Below, piece by piece: positions 30,133 through 39,581 of a stretch of DNA of 64,000 nucleotides; the stretch's first letter is position 1; the number at the start of each line of letters is the position of its first letter. This DNA comes from a virus. The translations under genes and the position numbers were made by a program. Below the pieces are notes generated by a model. That model saw only the letters and a list, made by a program, of their open reading frames with translations, did not search any database and was not told the origin of the DNA. The stretch is from the IMG/VR virus record IMGVR_UViG_3300019889_000008, positions 1 to 64,000 of that record; one strand, 5' to 3'.

Positions 30133-31749
30133 ATGACAGACGACGAGATCCCCGACACGGCCATCGCCCTCGCGCTGAAGCGGGCGGCGGGTGAGAAGCT
30201 CAGGAAGAGGAAGGCGACACGGGCCGAACGCGAGGCCGCCAAGCAGCGCCGCCTGGACAAGGTCAAGAGCAAGGCGCCAGCCGAGGCGCGGCCACCGCGA
30301 CCGATGCCGGCGCCACAGACTGCTGCCCCGCTCCAGGTCTCGGCGCAGCAGCATCTCCAGGACAAGGCCGCCCGCGAGCGCCGCATCCGCGAACTGACCG
30401 CGATCTCCCTGGGCCGCGCCGTGGCAACGGTGGTAGCCCCGCCAGAGCGGCCACCGCCATCACCGCCCACGGGCCCCGATGATCCGCGGATCAGGAATGG
30501 CACCCTCGCGCCATCGCCCAAGGTGGCGGCGATGCTCAGGTCAACTGTCTCCGAAGCAGCGACCGCGGCCTCCGCGCCGAGGCCGCGGGTCGAGCGGAGC
30601 GGCTATCCCGCCGAGTACCTGGAGACCCTCCGATCCGGCACGCCCGAGGCGATCCTCGCCGGGAGGCTCGCCAAGGATCTGAAGGGCACCGACCTCGACG
30701 CCTTCAATCGGGCTCGGAAGCGCGAGTTGGATGCCGTCCTCGCCGGGCGCCGGTTCAACGAGTTGAGCCGGGACGAGCGCAAAGCCTACATGCTCGTCAA
30801 GGCGCGGCACCTGAAACTGATCCTCGATCCCACGCTCCCAAGGGCGCGGCGGAAGGGTGCGGCGCGCGGCCGTGTCGGGACGATCATCGACCGGCTCCGC
30901 CACGAAGCCCGGCTCACGATCAAGCAGGTGGCAGAGCAGGCCGAGGTGCCGGCTTACAGGCTGGCGCACATCGTCGCCGGCAAGCGCCCGGCCAAGGAGG
31001 CAGACGCCAAGCGGCTCGGCAACCTGTTCAACGTCAACCCGGAGACCTTCATGACGACGACCAACACCGCTGCTGCATCACCGCCCGAGCCCCGGCGCTC
31101 CGCGGTGAACGGCATCACCCCGCCGAAGACCAATCCGAACCGGCCGGGCTACAATGAGACGACGGACATCGCCCGCCTCGCGGCCCTGACCGAGCCGCGC
31201 TCCAGCGACACCGCTTTCCAGGCCACCCTTCGCCGGATCATGCGGGAGCGCGGGCTCATGGCCCAGCACGTGGCCAAGGTTTGCGACCTGTCGCTCGACG
31301 TGCCGGGCCGGCTCTTGCGCGTTGGCAGCGTGCCGAGCCCCGCCACCCGCAGGAAGCTTGTCGCCGGCCTCGGCATGAGCGAGGAGTTGTTGTTCGGCAA
31401 GCCCGCGCCGAAGGCCACCAAGCCCGCGCCAGAGGCCCCGCCAGCGGCCGTCGCCGTCCCGCGGCTAGCCCAGCCCCAGGAGGCGCCGGTTTCCGACTTC
31501 GTCGGCCCCACCGTCGCTGTTGAGATGGGCGTCCCCATGCCGCCCATCGTCCTGCGCTCCGATCGCTACCCCTGGGCCATGCCCAAGGGCGGGAGCTTCA
31601 AGGCCGATGCGCCCTTCGGCATGTCGTGGGGAACGTTCCGCAGCCGGTTCGTAAAGATGCTCGACCGGCAGAGCGAGATCCTCGGCCACTGGTACACGTT
31701 CGAGGAGAACGAGCCCGATGGCTCGATCCGGGTCTGGAGGGTCATCTGA
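30133..31749 (+). CDS. large multi-HTH (XRE-like) regulatory protein
   Basis: LRHEARLTIKQVAEQAEV..RLGNLFNV and LRRIMRERGLM..KLVAGLGMSEELLF HTHs; C-term YPWAMPKGGSF..IRVWRV domain. Confidence 0.7.
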   Translation: MTDDEIPDTAIALALKRAAGEKLRKRKATRAEREAAKQRRLDKVKSKAPAEARPPRPMPAPQTAAPLQVSAQQHLQDKAARERRIRELTAISLGRAVATVVAPPERPPPSPPTGPDDPRIRNGTLAPSPKVAAMLRSTVSEAATAASAPRPRVERSGYPAEYLETLRSGTPEAILAGRLAKDLKGTDLDAFNRARKRELDAVLAGRRFNELSRDERKAYMLVKARHLKLILDPTLPRARRKGAARGRVGTIIDRLRHEARLTIKQVAEQAEVPAYRLAHIVAGKRPAKEADAKRLGNLFNVNPETFMTTTNTAAASPPEPRRSAVNGITPPKTNPNRPGYNETTDIARLAALTEPRSSDTAFQATLRRIMRERGLMAQHVAKVCDLSLDVPGRLLRVGSVPSPATRRKLVAGLGMSEELLFGKPAPKATKPAPEAPPAAVAVPRLAQPQEAPVSDFVGPTVAVEMGVPMPPIVLRSDRYPWAMPKGGSFKADAPFGMSWGTFRSRFVKMLDRQSEILGHWYTFEENEPDGSIRVWRVI

Positions 31750-32099
31750 TGCTCAAGGTCGAGGCCGGCGCCCTCTGCCCAAATTGCGGTGCCGAAATCC
31801 AGTATTGCATCATCCAGACCGTTGACGCGCCGCCGGAAGCGATCAAGGCGCTGAAGCGAGCGATGGCGGCGCACGCGGTTGAGCAGCGGCTGGCCCGGCA
31901 CAGCGAGCGATCCCTGATGTGGATTCGGTTCCTCTGGTACGTCGTCGCCTTCATGTCGGCTTGGGCTGGCTTCGCCCGAGCGTTCGGCCCGGAAATGATC
32001 CCGACATGGGCTGCTGTCGTTGCGAACGCCACAACGGCGATGGTGGCGATGACCGCTGCGATGTGGGTCGTCGACCTGAAGCAACGGGCGACCCGCTGA
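31749..32099 (+). CDS. membrane protein with N-terminal CPNC
   Basis: TGATG coupling; two TMs. Confidence 0.55.
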   Translation: MLKVEAGALCPNCGAEIQYCIIQTVDAPPEAIKALKRAMAAHAVEQRLARHSERSLMWIRFLWYVVAFMSAWAGFARAFGPEMIPTWAAVVANATTAMVAMTAAMWVVDLKQRATR

Positions 32100-32608
32100 T
32101 GGCCGAATCTGGCTTAATCCCCGATCAACTCAGGGAACAGATCGTCGCCGGTCTGCCTGCCCATTGCGCCAAGATCTGCGAGCAGATCCTCGTGGAAATG
32201 GGCGAACTCATGTTCGCTTTGGCCATCGTGGTCACGGAGAGTGACGTGCATACGATCATGATCCCGGTCCCGACCCCCGAGACCGAGGCCGCGGTGGCCG
32301 CCGGGATGCGGCGCCATCTGCGGGAGCATGGCGCGGTCGCCTATGCCGTTTGCACCGAGGGCTGGCTTCGATTCACCGGTCGGGATGGCCTGTCGGACGA
32401 GGCGCCCCCCAGCGAGCATCCGGACGGGGTCGAGGCGGTGCTGGTCATGGGCCAGACGCCGGGCGGCCCGTTCCATTCGTTCTTCCGGACGATGCGCGAT
32501 GCCGATGGGAAGATCTTTGCCCTCGGCGAGGATCTTGTGGCCGGGCGCACGCCGCCAACGACCGGGCTCTTCATGGGGCTCCTTGACCCCGCTCCGCAAC
32601 TGCATTGA
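32099..32608 (+). CDS. hypothetical protein (paralog A1)
   Basis: AYAVCTEGWLR..EAVLVMGQT. Confidence 0.7.
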   Translation: MAESGLIPDQLREQIVAGLPAHCAKICEQILVEMGELMFALAIVVTESDVHTIMIPVPTPETEAAVAAGMRRHLREHGAVAYAVCTEGWLRFTGRDGLSDEAPPSEHPDGVEAVLVMGQTPGGPFHSFFRTMRDADGKIFALGEDLVAGRTPPTTGLFMGLLDPAPQLH

Positions 32609-32618
32609 GGGACGAGCC

Positions 32619-33155
32619 ATGGACCTTGGGGAATGGAGCCGGCTGCCTGAGCCGCAGCCCCTCTCGGACGAGCAGCGGACGGTCTTCGAAACCGACATTC
32701 TCGGGATCGGGCTGGACACGTGCGAGACGCTCTTCCAACGGCTTGGCGAGATGCCGGGCGGCCTGCTGGTCATCGTCTCCGCCAAGGGGGCGCGGATCAT
32801 CAGGGTCCCCATGCCGCAGGACTTTGCTGTCCGCACCGCGGTGGCGGAGACGTGCCGGAACCTGATCCTCGCCGATCACGCGACCGCGTACCTTTTCGCC
32901 TTCGAATTCTGGCTGCGGACCGGCTCGGCCGAGGATCTGAAGAAGCCCCAGCCCAACTATGCCGATCTTCCCGACAGCAAGGAGGGCGTCATGATCTGCG
33001 GCCAGACGTCGGAAGGCAGTTTCGGCTCCGCTTTCGACATCGTTCGGTCCAGGCGGGGAGCGTTCAAGAAGCTCCGCCCGCACGATCACGTCGGCGGCTA
33101 CATGCAGTTCACCGGCATCTGGACCGATCTGCTCTACCGCCAGCAGGCGAGTTAA
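32619..33155 (+). CDS. hypothetical protein (paralog A2)
   Basis: AYLFAFEFWLR..EGVMICGQT. Confidence 0.7.
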   Translation: MDLGEWSRLPEPQPLSDEQRTVFETDILGIGLDTCETLFQRLGEMPGGLLVIVSAKGARIIRVPMPQDFAVRTAVAETCRNLILADHATAYLFAFEFWLRTGSAEDLKKPQPNYADLPDSKEGVMICGQTSEGSFGSAFDIVRSRRGAFKKLRPHDHVGGYMQFTGIWTDLLYRQQAS

Positions 33156-33175
33156 CAGCACAAGGGAGGAAGGTC

Positions 33176-33493
33176 ATGGCAATCGAAATGCCGGACGGGA
33201 CGATCGGCCTCACGCCGGAAGAGGGCGCGGCGTTCTACGGGCGAGCGAACGAGGCGCTCATGACCGACATCGCAGCCGCAGCCAAGACCCACGGCCTGCG
33301 CGCGATCAGCGTCGTCGCGTTCACCCGCGACGTCGGTGTCCTCACGTTCTCGACCGGCGCCGACGACGAGTGGCGCGAGATCGCGCGGTCGCTGGCGCTC
33401 AAGATGGGCGTCGATCTCGGCGAGATGTTTGACACCAAGCCGCGGGTCGTCGGGCCGACCAAGGTCCGCAGGATTGGGGAGAGCAAGCGGTGA
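33176..33493 (+). CDS. hypothetical protein
   Basis: GGAGG RBS. Confidence 0.65.
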   Translation: MAIEMPDGTIGLTPEEGAAFYGRANEALMTDIAAAAKTHGLRAISVVAFTRDVGVLTFSTGADDEWREIARSLALKMGVDLGEMFDTKPRVVGPTKVRRIGESKR

Positions 33494-33837
33494 CCCAGGC
33501 GGGCCCAATGTCCGCCAGCGACGCGGCGCTCCTGCACGACGAAGCGGCCAAGGAGGACATTCTCACGATCTGGACGGTGACCACAGGCACCGCCGATTTC
33601 GGATCTCGCTTCGTGGCCCGGCCGCACTTCATCGGCGGCGTGCGCAGGGTCCCCATCGGCCCACTGATCGCCGACACATACGTCTCGTCGCGCTACCTGA
33701 TCGCCGACACATACGTCTCGTCGCGCTACCTGATCGCCGACACGCTGGAGGAGGTTCGGGAGATGTTGCCGCACGGTCTGAGCCGGCTCAATTGAAACGC
33801 TGAAGACGACGCGGTGATCGTCGAGACATGGATCTAG
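33490..33837 (+). pseudogene. hypothetical protein with 33-bp tandem duplication and premature TGA (33793-33795)
   Basis: Reading continues in frame after TGA as NAEDDAVIVETWI*, resembling the C-terminus of a common phage family (DF...FVAR ... ADTLEE.R..LP). Confidence 0.6.
33664..33743 (+). repeat. 33-bp tandem repeat, about 2.4 copies
   Basis: ctgatcgccgacacatacgtctcgtcgcgctac x2 + ctgatcgccgacac. Confidence 0.9.
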
Positions 33838-33846
33838 GAGCACGCG

Positions 33847-34041
33847 ATGGAAAAGCTGATCAGGGTTTCGATGATGATCGACGGCCGGGGCGAGACCATC
33901 ACGGTCGGCAGCCTCTACGATGCCGGGGCCCAGGCCGCGTCCTTCATCCGGCACCTCAATCTGGACGAGCACGTGGACGCCGAGGTTCGGATCGAGGTCG
34001 AGATCAGTGAACTTGCCACGTCCGGCTCTGTGGAGTTCTGA
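33847..34041 (+). CDS. hypothetical protein
   Basis: AGGAG RBS. Confidence 0.6.
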   Translation: MEKLIRVSMMIDGRGETITVGSLYDAGAQAASFIRHLNLDEHVDAEVRIEVEISELATSGSVEF

Positions 34042-34042
34042 C

Positions 34043-34519
34043 ATGGCGGAGGAGTTGATCCGGCGCGCCGCGCCCAAGATCGTTCGGACCTACCACGATA
34101 AGTCGTCCTGGGGTCCCGGCCCCTGGCAGTCGGAGCCCGACGAGGTCCGCTGGAGCGACAGCAGCACCGGCATCCGCTGCGTGCTGATGCGGGCCCGCGG
34201 TCTCGGGGTCTGGATGGGCTCGTGCGGCCTTCCAGGAAATCACCCGTGGGAGCGCCTCAAGGCCGAGGACATTCCGACCGGCGTCCATGGCGGCATCACC
34301 GCCAAGGCCGTCGTCATGGGCGACGGCTCCGGGATGACTTGGATCGGGTTCGGCTGCGCCGGCCCGCGGGATTTCGCGCCGGGTGTGACCGACGTGCCGC
34401 GCGGGCAACGGCTGATCTACCGTGATCAATGGTTCGCCAAGATTCAGGTGCTCCGCCTCGCCGTGGAGATCGTGCTCGCCACCGGGCCCGGCGCTTGGTG
34501 GGAGGGCGCCCATGGCTGA
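34043..34519 (+). CDS. conserved phage hypothetical protein
   Basis: WGPGPWQSEPD, HPW, VHGGIT, WIGFGC, YRD. Confidence 0.72.
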   Translation: MAEELIRRAAPKIVRTYHDKSSWGPGPWQSEPDEVRWSDSSTGIRCVLMRARGLGVWMGSCGLPGNHPWERLKAEDIPTGVHGGITAKAVVMGDGSGMTWIGFGCAGPRDFAPGVTDVPRGQRLIYRDQWFAKIQVLRLAVEIVLATGPGAWWEGAHG

Positions 34520-34745
34520 CTTCTGCAATCAGTGCGCTGCGGAACTCGGGTTCCCGTATGGCGACCTGGACGGCATCACCACCGCGGCCGGCTGGGCAAG
34601 CGGCCTGGCGGCGATCGTCCTCTGCGAAGGATGCGGCCAGACCCAGGTTGACCCCGAGGGCAACTGCATCGCGGACGACTGCCTACGGCAGCACGGCTTA
34701 ACCAAGGGGAGGCAAGGCGATGAAACAGATCCCATTGGACATTGA
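34512..34745 (+). CDS. Cys-rich (zinc-binding) hypothetical protein
   Basis: MADFCNQC..LCEGCG..C...C; GGAGG RBS. Confidence 0.65.
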   Translation: MADFCNQCAAELGFPYGDLDGITTAAGWASGLAAIVLCEGCGQTQVDPEGNCIADDCLRQHGLTKGRQGDETDPIGH

Positions 34746-34998
34746 GATCCCGGAGGACATGGAACGGGCCGCGGAGGCCCTGGGCCCGGAGCGGCTGGTG
34801 GCGATGCTTGACGCCATGTCCGCCGCAGCGGCCTTCCTGCACGAGCACGGCTGGATGAAGTTCGGGGTGGTCATGCAGAAAGGCGATCTGCGCGTCGTCT
34901 TGACGCTTGATGGTCAGATCTCGGTCGGGGGCGACGTGCCGGACTCCGGGGTGCCACCAGAGATCCACCGGCTTGCTGGAGCGCGGAGGCCGAACTGA
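34720..34998 (+). CDS. hypothetical protein
   Basis: GGAGG RBS, coupled. Confidence 0.6.
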   Translation: MKQIPLDIEIPEDMERAAEALGPERLVAMLDAMSAAAAFLHEHGWMKFGVVMQKGDLRVVLTLDGQISVGGDVPDSGVPPEIHRLAGARRPN

Positions 34999-35582
34999 TG
35001 ACCGATAGCAAAGATCTGATGCAGCGGGCCTTGCGGCTGCTCGGCCGAGCCCGCGCGGTCCTGGAGGAAAAGGACGGCGATCTCGTCAACAGGTCGGTCG
35101 AGCATGACCCCTTGATCCTGGTCACCGAGGCCGAAGATCTGTTCGAGGATGTTGCCATGCGGCTCGGCCTCGTTACCCCGCCGCGGACGGTGTCGATGCC
35201 GATGCCGAGCGGGGCGCCGGTCAAGGGCCTCCCGCACCAGGACCGGGCATGGTTCGATGCTGGGCTGGTGCTGGAGTTCCTGAAGCGGTGCCCCCACCAC
35301 GGCGAGGCGCCGCAGCAAGGATGGCTCTCCCTCGTGAGGGAGGCGTGCCATCGCGTCGCCATCCTGGAGGGCACCAACGCAGCGCTCGAAATCTTGGTCG
35401 AGAAGCGGACCCTGACGCCGACGAGCGCGGCGACCGGAACGATGGACGAGTTCGCCCGCACGGTCGGGCTCATGCTCGATCTATTCGTGAGGCTGGGCTT
35501 GATGAAGGACGTCCTCGCCGATGCGCTTCGGTTTGAAGCCGATCGGCTGGATGCCGAGGACGAGGCGGAGGCGGCACCATGA
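34998..35582 (+). CDS. hypothetical protein sharing APQQGW.SLV.EACHR domain with 45965-46192
   Basis: Internal paralogy. Confidence 0.65.
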   Translation: MTDSKDLMQRALRLLGRARAVLEEKDGDLVNRSVEHDPLILVTEAEDLFEDVAMRLGLVTPPRTVSMPMPSGAPVKGLPHQDRAWFDAGLVLEFLKRCPHHGEAPQQGWLSLVREACHRVAILEGTNAALEILVEKRTLTPTSAATGTMDEFARTVGLMLDLFVRLGLMKDVLADALRFEADRLDAEDEAEAAP

Positions 35583-35712
35583 GCGGGATGATCTCAGATT
35601 TCGAGACCAGACTGGAGCAACTGATCGACGAATGGATGGCCCATGGCGGCGAGATGGGCGACGTGGAGGATGAGCACGGCCAGAACCGCAGCGTCGAAAG
35701 CGGGGACGAGCC

Positions 35713-35949
35713 ATGACCGACAAGACGACGTGCCAGAGCTGCGAGATCGGCACCCTGACCGAGACCCTGGAGCAACAGGTCTTCGATCTTCGGGTCGGGC
35801 CTCGGCCGACTGATCTCGTGTCCCTGGTGGCCGAGGACGTCCCGGTGAAGACCTGTGACCATTGCGGCGATCAGACCACCGACTGGCGTGGCGGCCGGGC
35901 CCAGGAGCGCGCGGTCGCCGCCTATCGCGAGCAGGCGCGAGGGGAGTGA
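35713..35949 (+). CDS. zinc-ribbon protein (YgiT/MqsA N-term-like)
   Basis: CQSCEIG..DVPVKTCDHCGD. Confidence 0.65.
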   Translation: MTDKTTCQSCEIGTLTETLEQQVFDLRVGPRPTDLVSLVAEDVPVKTCDHCGDQTTDWRGGRAQERAVAAYREQARGE

Positions 35950-35953
35950 CGCC

Positions 35954-36367
35954 ATGACCGGCTATGTCCATCCGCCGGCCTTTGACCCCCCCAGGGTCTT
36001 GGTCACCGCGGAGCGGCTGGTGTCCGCCATGGCGTACATCGAGACCGCGCGTCCGAAGCGCTTCCTGAATCTCCTGCGCCAGGCCGGCCTCCTGGCCGCT
36101 GGAGTGGCGAAGCTGATCGACGACGGCATCGCGGGTGGTCGCGGCGGATATGTGGATTTCGGCGAGGTCGCTTCAGCCATGGTCCGGGTCGCGTCCTCCC
36201 GCCCCAAGATCGGTCGCACCGGGCTGGAGGCAGGATTGAGCGCGCTGGCCGACTTGGTGCTGATGCACCGCAACGAGGCGGACAAACCGCGGGCCGAGGC
36301 CGAGATGGATGCCCTTGCGGTGGCCTCGCTTGCTGCATTCGATCTGCTGAATGGAGACCAGCCATGA
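35954..36367 (+). CDS. hypothetical protein (paralog B1)
   Basis: MTGYVHPP..AMAYI..ARP..AFDLL. Confidence 0.7.
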   Translation: MTGYVHPPAFDPPRVLVTAERLVSAMAYIETARPKRFLNLLRQAGLLAAGVAKLIDDGIAGGRGGYVDFGEVASAMVRVASSRPKIGRTGLEAGLSALADLVLMHRNEADKPRAEAEMDALAVASLAAFDLLNGDQP

Positions 36368-36552
36368 GCCCATACATCGAAGATCTGCTGCGCCGCATGG
36401 GCGACTACGTCAAGGCCGAGAGCGATCGGCTCGGTCCCGGCCCCCATTACCACGTCATGCACCCCGTGACCTTGATGGCAGAGGCCAGGACCGCGCTGCG
36501 GGCGGCCGAGATGCTCGCCGAGCGCCACGGGCTAGGAGAATACATCCAATGA
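36364..36552 (+). CDS. hypothetical protein
   Basis: ATGA coupling. Confidence 0.55.
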   Translation: MSPYIEDLLRRMGDYVKAESDRLGPGPHYHVMHPVTLMAEARTALRAAEMLAERHGLGEYIQ

Positions 36553-36767
36553 GAGAACCCCCCACGATCGAAGACTTGGTCGACCTCGTCGTCCGGATGG
36601 AGGAGGCCGGCTGGCAGCGCAAGGGCTTCAAGATGGAGCGGGGAGGCCACTGCGCCCTGATCGCACCGGACGGGACCATCAAGGTGACGGGCCCAGGGGA
36701 CGCCCCCTCTGACATCGGCGAGATCCTCTCGCCGCCGGGCGACGGGAAATGGAGGCACGATGCTTGA
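36549..36767 (+). CDS. hypothetical protein
   Basis: AGGAG RBS, ATGA coupling. Confidence 0.55.
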   Translation: MREPPTIEDLVDLVVRMEEAGWQRKGFKMERGGHCALIAPDGTIKVTGPGDAPSDIGEILSPPGDGKWRHDA

Positions 36768-37077
36768 CCGGGTTCTTACCGACCGAGCGGTGGTCGACCG
36801 CGCCTGGCCGATCGTCATCGTCCAGGACCGATACGGCGGCACATACAGCGGCGGCGGCTGGCTGGCCATCGCCAAGGCCGACGAGGTGGAGCCTCACGCC
36901 TACGGCATGAGCCGCATCGCGTGCTGCCTCAACGCGGGCCCGCACGGCAGTGACACCGCCGCCATGGCCTTTTGGCTCTTCCCGCCGGATTGGATCGCCG
37001 CTGGCCGGTCACCGGACGAGGCCGCGGTTGCGCTGCTGGCCAAGTTGACAGGGCTGGAGGAGCGTCCCGATGTTTGA
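36760..37077 (+). CDS. conserved phage hypothetical protein
   Basis: WPIVIVQDRYGGTYSGGGWLA..G.SPDEA. Confidence 0.68.
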   Translation: MLDRVLTDRAVVDRAWPIVIVQDRYGGTYSGGGWLAIAKADEVEPHAYGMSRIACCLNAGPHGSDTAAMAFWLFPPDWIAAGRSPDEAAVALLAKLTGLEERPDV

Positions 37078-37270
37078 GACCACAGAGCACAGCGTCGTCT
37101 TCATGGCCAAGCTCCGCGATCTGGAACGCGGCGGCTTCAAGCTCTGCGGCGTCGTCCTGCAAGACCGGGAACAGCCCGACCAGCTCGTGGTCCTGACCGA
37201 GCAGGGGAAGGTGATTTGCCTGCCGGCAGCGCCACCGCAATCGACCGACGATGGAGGCGGCGATGCTTGA
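37070..37270 (+). CDS. hypothetical protein
   Basis: GGAGG RBS. Confidence 0.55.
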   Translation: MFETTEHSVVFMAKLRDLERGGFKLCGVVLQDREQPDQLVVLTEQGKVICLPAAPPQSTDDGGGDA

Positions 37271-37910
37271 CCCGACGAAGTTGACGGAATGGCCATGGCG
37301 ACCCGCCGGACGGGTGGATCAAGCACTTCAACACGAGCCGGTGCCGCCCGGATGGCGACCCAGCAAAGGAATCAATCGGATGGCCGGAGCCGGCTTCAAC
37401 ATCTCGCAGATAGACCCGGAGGATGCTCGCATTATCCGCGAGGCCGCCGCGGACTCAGTCGTCCCCTGTGGCTCGTGCAACGCTTGCTGCCATAGCCCGG
37501 TCGGTGTGCAGCCCCAGTTCGGCGACGACCCATCGCTCTACGAACTGGCGATCAACGTCGACACGTCGGCGCCGAACGGGCACACGATGGTCACGCTCAA
37601 CCGCAAGCCGGATGGCTCCTGCTACGCCCTGAAGAACGGGCGGTGCTCGATTTGGGAGAAGCGGCCCCAGGTCTGCCGGGCGTTCGACTGCCGGAAGATC
37701 TTCGCCATGCACACCAAGGAGGAGCGCCGGGCCCTCGTCGATCTGAAGTATTTCAAGCAGGCCATCTTCGACGCCGGGCGCAAGCGGTTGTCCACCCTGG
37801 CCAACGCCGAGGCCCTGCGGGACGCCTGCAAGCGGATCGGCTATGGCCGGATGGCCCTCGACTACATGGAGCGCCGCCGCGGCGTGGTGCCGAAGGGGCC
37901 GCGGTCATGA
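37263..37910 (+). CDS. YkgJ-family CxxCxxCC (Fe-S/Zn) protein
   Basis: CGSCNACC..C..L..GRCSIWEKRPQVCRAFDC. Confidence 0.85.
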   Translation: MLDPTKLTEWPWRPAGRVDQALQHEPVPPGWRPSKGINRMAGAGFNISQIDPEDARIIREAAADSVVPCGSCNACCHSPVGVQPQFGDDPSLYELAINVDTSAPNGHTMVTLNRKPDGSCYALKNGRCSIWEKRPQVCRAFDCRKIFAMHTKEERRALVDLKYFKQAIFDAGRKRLSTLANAEALRDACKRIGYGRMALDYMERRRGVVPKGPRS

Positions 37911-38221
37911 GCCGGCCCATCCCACCAGAGGATCTGCGTGACCTCTTCATGCGCGTGCTCGCCGGCTATGCCCACTTTTGGGCGACGCTGCCGGACAAGA
38001 CCCCGCTCGAACGATGCAACGGCCTCGCCTTCTCGTTCCTGGTGATGCTCGACGGGGGCAACATGAGCCTCCCTGTCTTCGATTTGGTCGCTCGTCCGCA
38101 TCCGGACGACAAGGCGTTCCATCAAGGGCGTGGCACAGATTGGGTCGAGGATGGCACGGTCATCAGCGACATCGGCCTTCATGAACTCTGGCATCGATAC
38201 GAGAAGGGCCCCCAGCCATGA
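37907..38221 (+). CDS. conserved phage hypothetical protein
   Basis: ERCNGLAFSFLVMLDG..PHPDDK..LHE. Confidence 0.65.
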   Translation: MSRPIPPEDLRDLFMRVLAGYAHFWATLPDKTPLERCNGLAFSFLVMLDGGNMSLPVFDLVARPHPDDKAFHQGRGTDWVEDGTVISDIGLHELWHRYEKGPQP

Positions 38222-38430
38222 CCATGCACATCGATCGCCCGGTGCCCGGAGAGTTCCGCGCTGCCTGGAAGCCAACGGCACCCGAGGACCCCATCTTCAA
38301 ATGCCGGGCTTGCGGCTCTGCCGATGTCTGGTATCGCCCATGGACGTCAGCCTGCGGCGGCCATGAGGACGTCCTCTATGAGTGCCGGTCGTGCGATCGG
38401 GAATGGTGGGTCGAGGGGCCCGACGCCTGA
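38218..38430 (+). CDS. zinc-ribbon protein
   Basis: CRACGS..YECRSC..WWVEGPDA. Confidence 0.65.
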   Translation: MTMHIDRPVPGEFRAAWKPTAPEDPIFKCRACGSADVWYRPWTSACGGHEDVLYECRSCDREWWVEGPDA

Positions 38431-38684
38431 TGGCCAAGACATTCGGCGAGCTGGGGCTGCGGCCCCGCGAGATGCGAGTGATCAAGGCGTGCCTGTATGC
38501 CCGCACGCTGGTGCCGAATGGGCATTACCTGTGCGCGCTCCATGAGGTGGCATCGGCCAAGCGTTTGATCGCGAGGGGCTTCGTCACCGACGTGACCAGC
38601 GAGGCCGGACTGGCGCCACGCTTGCCGGGTTGGATCGTCGTCAAGATCGACGAAGCGAATATTGAGGCGATGCAGAAGGCGTAA
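38430..38684 (+). CDS. hypothetical protein
   Basis: TGATG coupling. Confidence 0.55.
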   Translation: MAKTFGELGLRPREMRVIKACLYARTLVPNGHYLCALHEVASAKRLIARGFVTDVTSEAGLAPRLPGWIVVKIDEANIEAMQKA

Positions 38685-38688
38685 CGCT

Positions 38689-39120
38689 ATGACCGGCTAC
38701 GTCCATCCGCCCGGCTTCGACTTTCCGATGGTCACCGTGACCGCCGATCAGCTTGAGCGCGCCATGGCGTACATCAAACTTGCCCGTCCCGCGGAGTTCC
38801 GCCCCATCATCAAGCGATCCGGCTTGCTCACCGCCGGGGCGGCAAACCTGATCCGCGATCAGATGGGCGGCGGCCGAGGAGCATTCGTCGCTTTAGGAAC
38901 GATCATGGCCGCGATGGTTAGGGTCGCTGCAAAGCGCCTGGACATTGGGCGCGCCGGCCTCCATGCCTCGCTTCTGGACCTCGGGGACTTGGCCGTGATG
39001 AACGTCAAGGAAGAGCAGCGGGCCACGAAGCGCGATGAAGTGCAACGGATGGCCGAGATGGCGCTGATCGCGTTTGATCTGTTGACGGGGGCAGCCGAAC
39101 GATCTCCTAGGCCATCGTAG
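38689..39120 (+). CDS. hypothetical protein (paralog B2)
   Basis: MTGYVHPP..AMAYI..ARP..AFDLL. Confidence 0.7.
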   Translation: MTGYVHPPGFDFPMVTVTADQLERAMAYIKLARPAEFRPIIKRSGLLTAGAANLIRDQMGGGRGAFVALGTIMAAMVRVAAKRLDIGRAGLHASLLDLGDLAVMNVKEEQRATKRDEVQRMAEMALIAFDLLTGAAERSPRPS

Positions 39121-39277
39121 GCCAGGGAGCGAGCGTGAGGGAGGGCGGGGCCGACAAGGGGTTCCGGGGTCATCTTCACCGTTCGAGGATGTAGACCACC
39201 GAGAGCATTCGGCCCCGCCGAAGAATCTATCAGATCGAGACCACCGGTCAAGGCGGCCTGGCCGCTGATCCCGATGG

Positions 39278-39472
39278 TCAGCCGTTCGGGTCTTCGCCGC
39301 CGGCTTCGCCGATCTGATCCTCGACGAGCGAGAACTCGCCGCAGGTTTCGTCGCCGTCTGAGATCTCCCCTTCGGCCTCGCAGCTCTCGACCCGCTCGGC
39401 AACCGACCGAAGCAGCGCGGCAACCTTGGCCGGCCCTCGGCCGAAGTCATCGATCTCCAGGGTGAATGACAT
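39278..39472 (-). CDS. small acidic hypothetical protein
   Basis: GGAG RBS; FTLEI..LLRSVAERVE..G.I.D...CGEF. Confidence 0.55.
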   Translation of the reverse strand: MSFTLEIDDFGRGPAKVAALLRSVAERVESCEAEGEISDGDETCGEFSLVEDQIGEAGGEDPNG

Positions 39473-39535
39473 CTCGCTCTCCATCTGTGGAAACCCGCGC
39501 CCCGCGGGCGGCGCATCGTTTCCCGTTTTGGAGCC

Positions 39536-39581
39536 AAAAGAAAGACCCCGCCATGTGGATGGAGTCACTCCATGGCGGGGC
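39536..39581 (-). terminator. rho-independent terminator (minus strand)
   Basis: CCCCGCCATG/CATGGCGGGG stem followed by TCTTTCTTTT on minus strand. Confidence 0.65.

Noticed and set aside
33664-33743. 33-bp repeats as a CRISPR array
   Set aside because: Head-to-tail copies with no spacers, inside an ORF, and no cas genes
35713-35949. Complete MqsRA-type toxin-antitoxin system
   Set aside because: Only a zinc ribbon; no HTH domain and no recognisable toxin adjacent
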